From positions 2,220,001 through 2,252,000 of the forward strand of contig NZ_CP011034.1 in NCBI RefSeq assembly GCF_001465295.1: DNA of 32,000 nt, written 5' to 3'. This DNA is from Pseudoalteromonas translucida KMM 520 (GTDB lineage Bacteria > Pseudomonadota > Gammaproteobacteria > Enterobacterales > Alteromonadaceae). The first letter of the stretch is position 1, and each line of letters starts with the position of its first letter. Positions 1 to 9,998 of this stretch are shown here, in pieces. The notes under the pieces were generated by a model, which saw only the letters and a list, made by a program, of their open reading frames with translations, ran no database searches and was not told the origin of the DNA. Both the position numbers and the translations under genes were made by a program.

Positions 1-369
1 TTTTAAACGACGCTCTTCAGAGTTCACTTGGTTAAAATCAAGTGGTAATGGCTCTGAGCGGTTAATAATATTAAGCTCAGTACCTAAAATTTCGATTTCG
101 CCTGTGGCCATATCTTTATTTACTTGGCTATCTGGGCGTGCACGTACAATACCTTTTAACTGCACACAAAATTCTTGGCGAAGCGTGTTAGCTGAACTCA
201 TTAACTCTTCAATGTCAGAATCGAATACAACTTGTACTAAACCTTCTCTATCGCGTAAATCGACAAAGATAAGTCCACCAAGGTCACGTCGTTTGTTGAT
301 CCAGCCACATAGTTCAACTTCTTGATCTATGTGAGTTTTATTTAGCTGTCCGCAGTATATAGAGCGCAT
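1..369 (-). CDS. aspS: Aspartate--tRNA ligase, N-terminal 123 codons (runs off the window start)
   Basis: Minus-strand translation from the ATG at 367-369 gives [50 protein letters not shown]... This is collinear with the E. coli AspS N-terminal OB-fold (MRTEYCGQL...[27 protein letters not shown]). It is missing from the ORF track because it is truncated. Confidence 0.9.
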   Translation of the reverse strand, partial: MRSIYCGQLNKTHIDQEVELCGWINKRRDLGGLIFVDLRDREGLVQVVFDSDIEELMSSANTLRQEFCVQLKGIVRARPDSQVNKDMATGEIEILGTELNIINRSEPLPLDFNQVNSEERRLK

Positions 370-617
370 AGTTTTCCTGTCAGATAAAAGGGGTGCAACG
401 GTCAAAAAACATTCGTTTTAAGTAGGGTAAATCTTTTTTATAAATACGAATATAAAAATAACACCGCTAGCAATTCAAAATAATCAAATTAAGCCCTGTA
501 TTATACGCAAGTGATATGAAGATACTAGGGCGGGTGTCGTTTTTTGCATCGGATTTAAAGCAGCATATTTTATTATTTGATACACTAGAGCCACTTTAGA
601 ATTAGGCGTTAGTTTGT

Positions 618-1466
618 ATGCTATATATTGGGTGCCCACAGTGGTCAAGCAATGCGTGGAAAGGCAATTTATTTTCGAGCCAATGTAAAAATGCCGATAT
701 GCTAAGCCAATACGCGCAACATTTTAACTCTGTAGAGGGAAATACCAGCTTTTACGCCGACCCGTCCCCAAGTACTCTTTTACGCTGGGCAAACAGTGTA
801 CCCGACGATTTTAAATTTACCTTTAAGTTTCATCGGCGCTTTAGCCATGAGCTAAAGCTGACTAATGTACACAACGAGCTAACCGCTTGGCTTAACTTAT
901 TTGCACCAATTTTAGAAAAAACCGGGCAAATTATGCTGCAGCTGCCAAGTGCCTTTGGCCCTAATGATTTACCCAAGCTGGCGCAATTTATTAGCCTATT
1001 ACCTAAAGAGCTAAACTTCGGGGTAGAAGTTCGCCATCCGGCATTTTTTCAAAAGGGTGAAGCCGAAATAGCGCTTAATCAGTTATTAATGGCAAGCAAA
1101 ATAAACCGTATAGCCATGGATACCCGCGCCCTATTTGCAGTTAAAGCCAATACAGAAGCGCTGATTGATGCACAACAAAAAAAGCCGCATCTGCCCGTGC
1201 ATGCTATTGCTACAAGTGAGCAACCCATGGCACGTTTTGTTATTGCTAATTTACAAAGTGAATATAAAACCTTTTATAAGCCTTGGCTTAGTAAAGTAAA
1301 GCAGTGGCTTGATGAAGGAAAAACGCCTTATGTATTTTTTCATACCGCAGACAACCGAGAGGCACCGCTATTAGCAAGGCAGTTTTGCCAAGATCTAGGT
1401 TATAACCACAAGGTATTAAATCCATTTAGCGGCGAGGCAGAAACCCACCAGCAAGCGCTTTTTTAA
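618..1466 (+). CDS. DUF72 (YecE-like) family protein
   Basis: 282-aa ORF starting MLYIGCPQWSS...W. Its size matches DUF72/YecE proteins, and yecE also lies between aspS and cmoA in E. coli. The family name is from memory. Confidence 0.7.
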   Translation: MLYIGCPQWSSNAWKGNLFSSQCKNADMLSQYAQHFNSVEGNTSFYADPSPSTLLRWANSVPDDFKFTFKFHRRFSHELKLTNVHNELTAWLNLFAPILEKTGQIMLQLPSAFGPNDLPKLAQFISLLPKELNFGVEVRHPAFFQKGEAEIALNQLLMASKINRIAMDTRALFAVKANTEALIDAQQKKPHLPVHAIATSEQPMARFVIANLQSEYKTFYKPWLSKVKQWLDEGKTPYVFFHTADNREAPLLARQFCQDLGYNHKVLNPFSGEAETHQQALF

Positions 1467-1511
1467 ATAGCCACTTACAACAAATAAAATGATAAGAACT
1501 TAGAGAGCAAC

Positions 1512-2012
1512 ATGAGTGAATACGCACGTTATTTTACCGGCTACCCTGCAAACATTGTTGAGCAAGTATTAAACCTAATCAGCAATGATAAAGTAAGTAA
1601 CTACTTACTTAAAAAGTATCCGCAGGCACATAATATTACCAGCGACAAAGCACTTTTTAGCTACGCCACAGAGCTTAAAAAACAGTATTTAAAAAATGCC
1701 CCGCCGTTTGGTCGCGCCGCATTTAAAAAGCAAGGCGACATGGTCACTAATGCACTTGGCACGCACACCTATCGTATGCAAGGTAAAACTCGCAAGCACG
1801 ACTTGGCCATCAACAGCGATTTACTGCGCGCTCCCGAGCCATTACTAAAAGCCTTAGTGGTACACGAGCTCGCTCATTTTAAAGAAAAAGACCATAACAA
1901 AAGCTTTTATAAACTTTGTTGCCACATGGAGCCAAGTTACCACCAGCTAGAACTCGATTTACGCATTTTTTGCGTGGCTGTAGAGCAAGGCAACAATCCT
2001 TATTTAAAATGA
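1512..2012 (+). CDS. YgjP/DUF45-type (M48-like) metal-dependent hydrolase
   Basis: 166-aa ORF with an HExxH zinc motif in the typical context VVHELAHFKEKDHNKSFYKL. Confidence 0.65.
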   Translation: MSEYARYFTGYPANIVEQVLNLISNDKVSNYLLKKYPQAHNITSDKALFSYATELKKQYLKNAPPFGRAAFKKQGDMVTNALGTHTYRMQGKTRKHDLAINSDLLRAPEPLLKALVVHELAHFKEKDHNKSFYKLCCHMEPSYHQLELDLRIFCVAVEQGNNPYLK

Positions 2013-2032
2013 GCTAATTTAACGCACATTAG

Positions 2033-3046
2033 CTAAGGCAAAACTGTAAATTTAGTTAAACCTATAAGTTGCCCCGATTCTGTTACTACGTGCACCTGCC
2101 ATTTACCGACAGAATCAGTTGGAAAATTTACTTTATGGGTCCAGGCTCTATAACCTTGCTCTCGGCCACCACTTATATTTAATGTGATCCGATCTACTTC
2201 TTTATTGTTGTATAACCACACATGAAATATTTTTTCATTTAATCCTCTGGGCGCTTTAACAGCAGTCCACGTATATAACCCCTGATGATGTAGTGAATAA
2301 GAGTCTAATTGCTTAATATTACCAATAGGTTGGCGTTGCTCTAAATCAACCTCGTGCGATAAAGTAATATCGGTTAAACGCAAAGCCGCTGGCGGCACCC
2401 AACTACGTAGTTGCCATAAGCCAGCACTTAAAATACACAAAATTACCACCAATAAAGGAAATCGCCACCAGCGGGTATTGGGCATTAAGTTGCCTAAACT
2501 TGGAAGGGTAAAAATAACAGCAGTAACCAAAGCAATTGCTAAACTTTGGCTAGTGGTTACATTAAATAAAATAGGTAAAGTAACCAATATAACTACAAAC
2601 AATGCAAAGTTATGAAACACCGCAAATAGCATGCGATTTTTTGCTAACTTTTTATAATACAAAGGATCGATTACCGATATAACTGCACACATTATCATTA
2701 GCGCGGTAAAAATAGCTTGTGGATGATCCCACTGAGTTACCGCTAAAAAAAATGGCAAAGCAAAAAATAGGCTCTCTTGTTGCACCATTTGTAAAGCAAA
2801 GCGCATAAAGTTGGGCGATACCGCAACACCAAATCTTTGCTCTACTTTGTCACGCAACCAGTTATCAATAATTAACCATACCCAGCTCACTAGCAAAAAT
2901 ATGGCGATAAATTGCGAAAACGATTCTTTTCGCTCAACTAATACATAACTTGCCACACCTGAGCAAAATGCTATTACCGCTAATAACCCCGGCCGCTGTT
3001 GCATTGCAATTATAAATTTTGTTATTAAACTTTTAAAATAGTCCAT
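2033..3046 (-). CDS. Polytopic membrane protein with a soluble C-terminal domain (DUF2914-like)
   Basis: 337-aa ORF. The N-terminal two thirds contain multiple hydrophobic helices and the C-terminal ~110 aa are hydrophilic and beta-rich. The DUF assignment is from memory. Confidence 0.55.
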   Translation of the reverse strand: MDYFKSLITKFIIAMQQRPGLLAVIAFCSGVASYVLVERKESFSQFIAIFLLVSWVWLIIDNWLRDKVEQRFGVAVSPNFMRFALQMVQQESLFFALPFFLAVTQWDHPQAIFTALMIMCAVISVIDPLYYKKLAKNRMLFAVFHNFALFVVILVTLPILFNVTTSQSLAIALVTAVIFTLPSLGNLMPNTRWWRFPLLVVILCILSAGLWQLRSWVPPAALRLTDITLSHEVDLEQRQPIGNIKQLDSYSLHHQGLYTWTAVKAPRGLNEKIFHVWLYNNKEVDRITLNISGGREQGYRAWTHKVNFPTDSVGKWQVHVVTESGQLIGLTKFTVLP

Positions 3047-3187
3047 CTAATTTGGGGTCCGTACTAGTGTGCATGCTAAAGCGCTTAAAAACGTAAGCGC
3101 ATTATCTTAACGTAATTACCTGAACAACACATAAATAGCATAAAACCCCTCGGCTTATTAATAATACAATAATCGGTTAAGTAATGA

Positions 3188-4090
3188 CTATTTTGGTTGC
3201 TTTAAGTGGGTGCGCGAAATTTCTTCATTTACCCAGTGTAATAATTGTTTTATTGCCTTAGATAGCACCTGATTTTGCCGCACTATATAACCCAAACTAG
3301 TGGTTGGAAATTGCGGTAAAGCAGTCACTGTGGTGGTTAAATTGGCTTTAGAGCGCAGCGAAAACTCAGGTACAATTGCCACGCCAAAACCAGCTTCTGC
3401 CCAATCAATTTGTGCATCAACACTGCCCACTTCCATAACCCGATAACTCGGTAAATTTAAAGACGGTAGCGCATTATCTAATAGCTCACGGGTACGGGTA
3501 TCGTGGCCTAATAAAATTAATGTTGGCGGCTCAATTAGTACCATACTTTCATCGTTTTTTGCTTGCTCCCATAACGCTAAATTATTTCCCAGCGCACACC
3601 ACTTTATCTGCTGGAGTTCACTAAAATGCAGTGGCTCACTTTCTTTTTGAGCAATTACAAAGCCTAAATCGGCTTCTGCACTTTTAACCAGCGCCGATGC
3701 CTGTGACGAAGTGGTATTAAGCAAGGTAAAATCAATCCCCGGGAACTGGGTTTTAAACAGCTGAAAAGGCTCTATGAGTAACAAACGAGAAATAATATCA
3801 CTGGCTGCAATGGTGAGCGTGCCTTGGCTTAAGTTATTTATTGCATTGAGATCAGACTGACATACCTTCAATTCCCATAAGGTTTTTTGCCCAGACTGTA
3901 ATAAACGTAAACCCGCTTGGGTTAAACAAAATGGGTTACGCTCGATTAACTTTACCCGCGTCATTTTTTCTAACTGCTTAATATGCAAGCTCACATTAGG
4001 TTGCGTCATGTGCAGTGCACTTGCCGTTTTACCAAAATGCTTTAGCTCTGCTAATGTAACAAAGGTTTTTAACCAATGAATATCTAACAT
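3188..4090 (-). CDS. LysR-family transcriptional regulator
   Basis: N-terminal wHTH FGKTASALHMTQPNVSLHIKQLE followed by a ~200-aa substrate-binding domain. It is divergent from the purA-like gene. Confidence 0.9.
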   Translation of the reverse strand: MLDIHWLKTFVTLAELKHFGKTASALHMTQPNVSLHIKQLEKMTRVKLIERNPFCLTQAGLRLLQSGQKTLWELKVCQSDLNAINNLSQGTLTIAASDIISRLLLIEPFQLFKTQFPGIDFTLLNTTSSQASALVKSAEADLGFVIAQKESEPLHFSELQQIKWCALGNNLALWEQAKNDESMVLIEPPTLILLGHDTRTRELLDNALPSLNLPSYRVMEVGSVDAQIDWAEAGFGVAIVPEFSLRSKANLTTTVTALPQFPTTSLGYIVRQNQVLSKAIKQLLHWVNEEISRTHLKQPK

Positions 4091-4211
4091 CTCACTTCCT
4101 TAATATTGCCCGCATTATATGGAATCCTTATTGATATCATAATTATAATTAATTTCTCTTATTTTAACAGCCCGCATATCATATCAGCTTGTTCAATTTG
4201 GAGATTAAATT

Positions 4212-5468
4212 ATGCCGTCAATTGTTGTTGTAGGTGCAAACTGGGGTGATGAAGGCAAAGGCCGCATCGTAGATTTTTTAGCTGAGAACGCATCAGCAAG
4301 CATTCGCTTTCAAGGTGGTAATAACGCCGGTCATACCGTTGTGAATGATTTTGGCACCTTTAAACTACATCAATTACCTAGCGGTATTTTTAATCCAGAT
4401 TGCATAGCAGTACTTGGCCCTGGCATGGTAATAAGCCCTAGTGCCTTAAGTGAAGAAATAGCCGAAGTTAAAGCCGCTGGCGTTAATGTAAAACTGTGTA
4501 TTTCCGATCGAGCCACTTTATGCCTGCCTTTACATGCTCTTGAAGACACCCTTGAGGAATTACGTTTAGGGGATGCTGCTTACGGCTCTACTCGTCAAGG
4601 TATTTCGCCAGCGTATGGCGACCGAGTAATGAAAAAAGGCATTTTAGTGGGTTGGTTAAATCAGCCTGACGTTTTACTAGAGCGTATTCAATTTATGCTT
4701 GATTGGAAAATGCCACAGCTAAAAGCCCTATACCCAAGTTGTGACTTTTCGCAAACAGCTGAAGAAATGACGCAGTGGTTACTCGATGTAACCGCACCTT
4801 GGCGTGCATTTATTTGTAATGTAACAGAGCCGTTAAAAGCACTACAAAAACAAAATGCTAATTTATTATTTGAAGCTCAGTTAGGTGCAGGTCGCGATTT
4901 AGTCTATGGCGAATACCCTTACACTACCTCTTCAAACGTAACGGCCGCTTATGCAGGCATAGGCAGCGGTTTACCTGCGCTTCGTCCTGAACGTGTTGTT
5001 GCGGTAGCAAAGTCGTTTAGCTCATCTGTAGGTACAGGTACTTTAGTTACTGCAATGGAAGAGCAAGACAATTTCCGTGAAAGCGCTAACGAATATGGCG
5101 CAGTAACTGGCCGTCCACGCGACATGGGCTACTTTGATGCAGTTGCCACGCGCAACGGTGTTGAGCTACAAGCTGCAACCGAAATTGCCTTAACCAAAAT
5201 TGATTGTTTATCGGGTATGAAAGATTTAAAAATCTGTGTTGCCTATGACGGCGATCATAGCGAAAACCCAATTTGGCCACAAACGGCTGCATTAAGCCCT
5301 GTATATGAAAATATGCAACCTTGGGATGAAGACATAACCGGTTGTCGTACCTTCGACAGTCTACCAATTGCAGCGCAACAATACGTTGAGCGCATTGAAG
5401 CGTTAATGGGCGTACCAATAACTATGGTGTCTGTTGGTCCTGAGCGCGAACAGATGATTATTCGCTAA
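4212..5468 (+). CDS. purA: Adenylosuccinate synthetase, short divergent paralogue (418 aa)
   Basis: P-loop GANWGDEGKGRIVD and the QGGNNAGHTV motif, then TTSS and GAVTGRPR motifs characteristic of PurA. RBS-like GGAG lies 8 nt upstream of the ATG. Confidence 0.85.
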   Translation: MPSIVVVGANWGDEGKGRIVDFLAENASASIRFQGGNNAGHTVVNDFGTFKLHQLPSGIFNPDCIAVLGPGMVISPSALSEEIAEVKAAGVNVKLCISDRATLCLPLHALEDTLEELRLGDAAYGSTRQGISPAYGDRVMKKGILVGWLNQPDVLLERIQFMLDWKMPQLKALYPSCDFSQTAEEMTQWLLDVTAPWRAFICNVTEPLKALQKQNANLLFEAQLGAGRDLVYGEYPYTTSSNVTAAYAGIGSGLPALRPERVVAVAKSFSSSVGTGTLVTAMEEQDNFRESANEYGAVTGRPRDMGYFDAVATRNGVELQAATEIALTKIDCLSGMKDLKICVAYDGDHSENPIWPQTAALSPVYENMQPWDEDITGCRTFDSLPIAAQQYVERIEALMGVPITMVSVGPEREQMIIR

Positions 5469-5489
5469 ATAGCGCTATTGTGTTTAAAT

Positions 5490-5522
5490 AACTGTTGGGT
5501 TTAATCATGCAACCCAACAGTT
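5490..5522. terminator. Hairpin between convergent genes (possible bidirectional terminator)
   Basis: Perfect 12-bp stem aactgttgggtt (5490-5501) / aacccaacagtt (5511-5522) with a 9-nt loop. The flanks are A/T-rich but have no long T-run. Confidence 0.5.
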
Positions 5523-5592
5523 ATTAATAAAGGCCAACACTGAGCTTGGCTGGTTTTTATGACCTTAACCACATAATTATTTTAACGTATTC

Positions 5593-6282
5593 TTACAGCC
5601 CTAGCCCCGCCATAAAATCGTCATCATCACTATCTTCTGCTTCTTTTGCAGCTTTAACTTTGGCTTTTTCTGCTTTTTGTTTTGCTTCGTTTTCGATAAT
5701 ATCGTCGGGATCTATTGCTTCTACAATGTCAAAGTCGTGTAATTTAATAAACTCAGTTTTATCCATTGCCAGCTCTAAATAAAATATATTTTGTTTACTG
5801 GTGGTAAACGTTACGCGGCGCGCTTGTGGGCGATCCATTGTGGTATCTACCGATATTTGTACCTGTTTATTAATTGCCATCATTTTTGGCTGATTTTGGG
5901 TAATAGAGGTATGTAATTGCTCGCGTACTTTAGAGGTAAAGTCGCCAACTATTTGGTTCATTAGCTCGCCTAATACGTTTGATACATCGTCAGATAAATG
6001 ACTATGTGCTATTTCTTCCTCAGGCATGCCCATGTTACGCATGTAATCGCCATAAATTTCCATTGCCGCTTGCGATGTGAAATTAGTGATTACCAGCCCG
6101 GTAAAGCCACCATCAAATAACACAAAACAGCCAATATCTGGGCGCATACAAGTACGGGTAATTTTTTGCACCATAGCGGAGTAACTAACACTATTGCCAC
6201 TGGCCGATGTGAGTACCCCTGTAACCGAGTGACAAAGGGTTGCCAATATATCATCGGTGCTAATAACTTTACTTTTGCTCAT
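5593..6282 (-). CDS. CheX/CheC-like protein (DUF3334-like) with an acidic/lysine-rich C-terminal tail
   Basis: 229-aa ORF. GELMNQIVGDFTSKVREQLHTSITQNQP fits the CheC/CheX/FliY phosphatase signature E-x2-N-x22-P, counted directly. The C-terminus is ENEAKQKAEKAKVKAAKEAEDSDDDDF. Confidence 0.55.
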   Translation of the reverse strand: MSKSKVISTDDILATLCHSVTGVLTSASGNSVSYSAMVQKITRTCMRPDIGCFVLFDGGFTGLVITNFTSQAAMEIYGDYMRNMGMPEEEIAHSHLSDDVSNVLGELMNQIVGDFTSKVREQLHTSITQNQPKMMAINKQVQISVDTTMDRPQARRVTFTTSKQNIFYLELAMDKTEFIKLHDFDIVEAIDPDDIIENEAKQKAEKAKVKAAKEAEDSDDDDFMAGLGL

Positions 6283-6398
6283 TTAATAGTCTCATTTATA
6301 CTTATTTTTCATTATTCTAGCCAAGCTACTTAATTTATCACTGACTATCCAGCATAAAATGTTAAAATAGCGCCATTATTTTCAAAGAGACTGGCTTC

Positions 6399-7124
6399 GT
6401 GACCATTAAAGACAGTATTTATGCCTCTGAGCAACAAGTTAAAGACTTTAGTTTTGATCAAAACGTAGTCGAAGTTTTTCCTGATATGATCCAGCGTTCG
6501 GTGCCGGGTTACGCCACTATAGTGAGCACTATGGGTAAACTTGCCGGTGAGTATGCGCAAAGTAACTCTAACCTTTACGATTTAGGTTGCTCGCTAGGTG
6601 CGGTAACATTAAGTATGCGCCGTAATATTCGCACCGATAACTGCCATATTATTGCAGTAGATAACTCACAAGCTATGGTTGAACGTTGTAAGGTACATTT
6701 ACAGGGCTTTAAGTCAGAAGTACCGGTTACCGTTACCTTAGGCGACATTAACGAGCTTGAAATTCAAAATGCTTCAGTGGTGGCAATGAACTTTACGCTG
6801 CAGTTTATTCCGCATGCACAGCGCCAAGCCGTGCTTGAAAAAATATACGCCAACTTAAAACCCGGCGGTGTATTGCTGCTGAGCGAAAAAATAAAAGCCG
6901 AAAACGAGCTGTGTGATAATTTACTAATTGACCTACACCACGACTTTAAACGCCATAATGGGTATTCGGAGCTTGAAATAAGCCAAAAGCGCACCGCTAT
7001 TGAAAACGTAATGCGCCCTGATACGCTAAGCACGCACTTTACCCGCTTAAAAGACATTGGCTTTAGCCAAACTCAAGCGTGGTACCAATGTTTTAATTTT
7101 TGCTCAATGATCGCAATTAAATAA
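6399..7124 (+). CDS. cmoA: Carboxy-S-adenosyl-L-methionine synthase
   Basis: GTG start. VEVFPDMIQRSVPGY, DLGCSLG, IAVDNS, NFTLQF and HHDFKRxNGYSELEISQKR are nearly identical to the E. coli CmoA blocks. Confidence 0.93.
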   Translation: MTIKDSIYASEQQVKDFSFDQNVVEVFPDMIQRSVPGYATIVSTMGKLAGEYAQSNSNLYDLGCSLGAVTLSMRRNIRTDNCHIIAVDNSQAMVERCKVHLQGFKSEVPVTVTLGDINELEIQNASVVAMNFTLQFIPHAQRQAVLEKIYANLKPGGVLLLSEKIKAENELCDNLLIDLHHDFKRHNGYSELEISQKRTAIENVMRPDTLSTHFTRLKDIGFSQTQAWYQCFNFCSMIAIK

Positions 7125-7140
7125 AGAGAGTAAGTAATTT

Positions 7141-8109
7141 ATGTCTCAATGGTTTAACCAATTTTACGCCGCTATTGCCCAAAGCCCACTTAGTCACTGG
7201 CTAGAAACCCTGCCTGCGCAATTAAAACTTTGGCAGTTAGAGGCAAGTCATGGCGACTTACCACAGTGGCAAAAAGTGCTTAAAAATTTACCTGAGGTTA
7301 AAACTCAACATGTTGATATTACTACACAGGTAAAAATTGGCGCAGCGGGTGAAATAACCGATGGTGAGCAAAAACAAACCCTGCATTTATTAAAGCGTAT
7401 GATGCCATGGCGCAAAGGCCCATTTAGCGTTCACGGTATTGAAATAGATACAGAGTGGCGCAGCGATTGGAAATGGGATCGCCTGCTTCCACATATTGAA
7501 CCGCTCAAGGGCCGAACAGTGTTAGATATTGGCTGTGGCTCGGGCTATCATTTATGGCGTATGCGCGGTGAAGGCGCTCAGTTTGTAGTAGGCATCGACC
7601 CTTCTGACTTATTTTTGTGTCAGTTTCAAGCTATAAAACACTTTAACCCCGACGAAAACGTACACTTATTACCACTAGGTGTTGAAGCGCTACCCGAGTT
7701 AAAAGCATTTGATACGGTATTTTCGATGGGGGTACTTTATCATCGTCGCTCGCCTATCGACTTTTTAGCGCAATTAAAAGCACAGCTGCGCCCCGGTGGC
7801 GAGTTAGTCCTAGAAACCTTAGCCATCGAAGGCGACGAAAATACGGTACTTGTACCCACCGACCGCTACGCTAAAATGCGTAACGTGTGGTTTATTCCAA
7901 GCACCGCAGCATTAAAGCTATGGATGGAGCGCGTCGGTTTTAAAGATGTTCAAGTGAAAGATTGTGCGATTACCACCTTAGATGAGCAACGCAAAACTGC
8001 TTGGATGGAAAACGAATCGTTAGTCGACTTTTTAGATCCAAACGATACCAGTAAAACCATTGAAGGTTACCCAGCACCACTACGTGCTATTTTAACTGCT
8101 AAAGCATAG
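7141..8109 (+). CDS. cmoB: tRNA U34 carboxymethyltransferase
   Basis: 322 aa, starting 16 nt after cmo[27 protein letters not shown] and GVLYHRRSP blocks are typical of CmoB. Confidence 0.93.
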   Translation: MSQWFNQFYAAIAQSPLSHWLETLPAQLKLWQLEASHGDLPQWQKVLKNLPEVKTQHVDITTQVKIGAAGEITDGEQKQTLHLLKRMMPWRKGPFSVHGIEIDTEWRSDWKWDRLLPHIEPLKGRTVLDIGCGSGYHLWRMRGEGAQFVVGIDPSDLFLCQFQAIKHFNPDENVHLLPLGVEALPELKAFDTVFSMGVLYHRRSPIDFLAQLKAQLRPGGELVLETLAIEGDENTVLVPTDRYAKMRNVWFIPSTAALKLWMERVGFKDVQVKDCAITTLDEQRKTAWMENESLVDFLDPNDTSKTIEGYPAPLRAILTAKA

Positions 8110-8135
8110 CGTTAACTGCAATATCAGCAAATAGT

Positions 8136-8161
8136 AAAAAACGCCTACGGGCGTTTTTTTG
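8136..8161 (+). terminator. Rho-independent terminator after cmoB
   Basis: aaaaaacgcc-tacg-ggcgttttttt: a GC core stem with A/U extension, followed by a T7 run. Confidence 0.75.
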
Positions 8162-8298
8162 TTTATTTAGCCAGCAATTAGCGGACAAGTGTCCTGTTAA
8201 TTATTTCAATACTATATTTACGCTAGCCGCGGTTACGCAATTGTTGTAAAATACGCGCGTTTCTAAGCAACCCAAAACAACTATTTTGAGGAAAACCT

Positions 8299-9351
8299 GT
8301 GAGCGAACAAAAACAGTCTCTAAGCTATAAAGACGCGGGCGTAGATATCGACGCTGGTAATGCACTTGTTGAGCGTATTAAAGGTGTGGTTAAAAAAACT
8401 CGTCGTCCTGAAGTAATGGGCGGTATTGGTGGTTTTGGCGCACTTTGCGAAATTCCAGCAGGTTATAAGCAACCAGTATTAGTTGCCGGCACTGATGGTG
8501 TGGGTACTAAGTTACGTTTAGCTATCGATCTTAAAAAGCACGACACTGTAGGTATCGACTTGGTCGCTATGTGTGTAAACGATTTAATTGTTCAAGGTGC
8601 TGAACCGCTGTTTTTCCTAGATTACTATGCAACAGGTAAGCTAGACGTAGACACGGCCGCCGACGTAGTAACCGGTATTGGTAAAGGCTGTGAAATTTCT
8701 GGCTGTGCCCTTATTGGTGGCGAAACCGCAGAAATGCCTGGTATGTACGACGGCGAAGACTACGATATGGCTGGTTTTTGTACCGGTGTTGTAGAAAAAT
8801 CAAAAATTATTGATGGCACTAAAGTAGCCGCGGGCGATCAACTTATTGCGCTTGCTTCAAGTGGTCCGCATTCAAATGGCTTCTCACTTATTCGCAAAGT
8901 GCTTGAAGTATCTAACGCAGATACAAGCGCTGATTTTGAAGGCAAAACATTAGGTGAAACATTGCTTGAACCTACTCGCATTTACGTTAAACCACTGCTT
9001 GAGTTATTCAAGCACGTTGACGTACACGCGCTTTCGCACATTACCGGTGGCGGCTTTTGGGAAAATATCCCACGCGTATTACCTGCCTCTGCAAAAGCAG
9101 TAGTAAAAGGCGATAGCTGGCAGTGGCCTAGTATTTTTAACTGGTTACAAGAAAACGGTAACATTACTACGCATGAAATGTACCGCACATTTAACTGTGG
9201 TGTAGGCATGGTGTTAGTTGTTCCAGCCGACAAACTAGAGCAAAGCTTAAGCATGTTAAAAGACTTGGGCGAAAACGCATGGCACCTTGGTGAAATTCAA
9301 GACGCTAAGCCTGGCGAAGAGCAAGTTGAAATTGTAGGTGGTGCTAAGTAA
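8299..9351 (+). CDS. purM: Phosphoribosylformylglycinamidine cyclo-ligase (AIR synthetase)
   Basis: GTG start with a [32 protein letters not shown] and DYYATGKL match PurM. Confidence 0.95.
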   Translation: MSEQKQSLSYKDAGVDIDAGNALVERIKGVVKKTRRPEVMGGIGGFGALCEIPAGYKQPVLVAGTDGVGTKLRLAIDLKKHDTVGIDLVAMCVNDLIVQGAEPLFFLDYYATGKLDVDTAADVVTGIGKGCEISGCALIGGETAEMPGMYDGEDYDMAGFCTGVVEKSKIIDGTKVAAGDQLIALASSGPHSNGFSLIRKVLEVSNADTSADFEGKTLGETLLEPTRIYVKPLLELFKHVDVHALSHITGGGFWENIPRVLPASAKAVVKGDSWQWPSIFNWLQENGNITTHEMYRTFNCGVGMVLVVPADKLEQSLSMLKDLGENAWHLGEIQDAKPGEEQVEIVGGAK

Positions 9352-9998
9352 TGGCACCCACTCGTCTTGTAGTTTTAATCTCAGGCGGTGGCTCTAATTT
9401 ACAAGCCATTATTGATGCCTGTGAAAGTGGCGAGATAAATGCGCAAATAGCGGCTGTTATTAGTAACAAAGCAGACGCTTATGGCCTTGAACGTGCTAAG
9501 CAAGCAGGCATTGCTACACAAGTGCTGAGTCATAAAGATTTTGACTCGCGCGAGGCCTACGATACACAGTTAATGAGCATCATTGACTCTTTTATACCGA
9601 ATCTAGTTGTATTAGCTGGGTTTATGCGTATTCTTACTCCTAACTTGGTGCAAAAATATATTGGAAAAATGTTGAACATTCATCCATCTTTGTTGCCTAA
9701 GTACCAGGGGCTGAATACCCACCAAAGAGCAATTGATGCAAATGATGATGTTCATGGCGTAAGTGTTCATTTTGTAACTGAAGAGCTAGACGGAGGTCCG
9801 GTTATACTTCAGGCAAAAGTACCTGTACTCAAGGATGATACAGCAGACACATTAGCAAAACGCGTGCACGAACAAGAGCATATAATTTATCCTTTGGTGG
9901 TCAAATGGTTCAGTGAACACAGACTTACTATGGAAGCAGATTATGCAGTTCTTGACGAAACAAAACTTCCTGCACACGGCGCGCAGTACCCACAATAA
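9351..9998 (+). CDS. purN: Phosphoribosylglycinamide formyltransferase
   Basis: Its ATG overlaps the purM TAA (taATG). SGGGSNLQAIID, NIHPSLLPKY and HFVTEELDGGP motifs are present. Confidence 0.95.
   Translation: MAPTRLVVLISGGGSNLQAIIDACESGEINAQIAAVISNKADAYGLERAKQAGIATQVLSHKDFDSREAYDTQLMSIIDSFIPNLVVLAGFMRILTPNLVQKYIGKMLNIHPSLLPKYQGLNTHQRAIDANDDVHGVSVHFVTEELDGGPVILQAKVPVLKDDTADTLAKRVHEQEHIIYPLVVKWFSEHRLTMEADYAVLDETKLPAHGAQYPQ

Noticed and set aside
104-325. 73-aa + strand ORF.
   Set aside because: It lies entirely antisense within the strongly supported aspS N-terminal coding region.
5546-5782. 78-aa Ser/Ala-rich + strand ORF.
   Set aside because: It is the low-complexity mirror image of the Lys/Glu/Asp-rich tail of the CheX-like gene on the opposite strand, and it has no RBS.
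8235-8250. Possible PurR box upstream of purM (ACGCAATTGTTGTAA).
   Set aside because: Only the left half-site ACGCAA matches the ACGCAAACGTTTGCGT palindrome. The right half is degenerate, so this is not supportable without a PWM scan.
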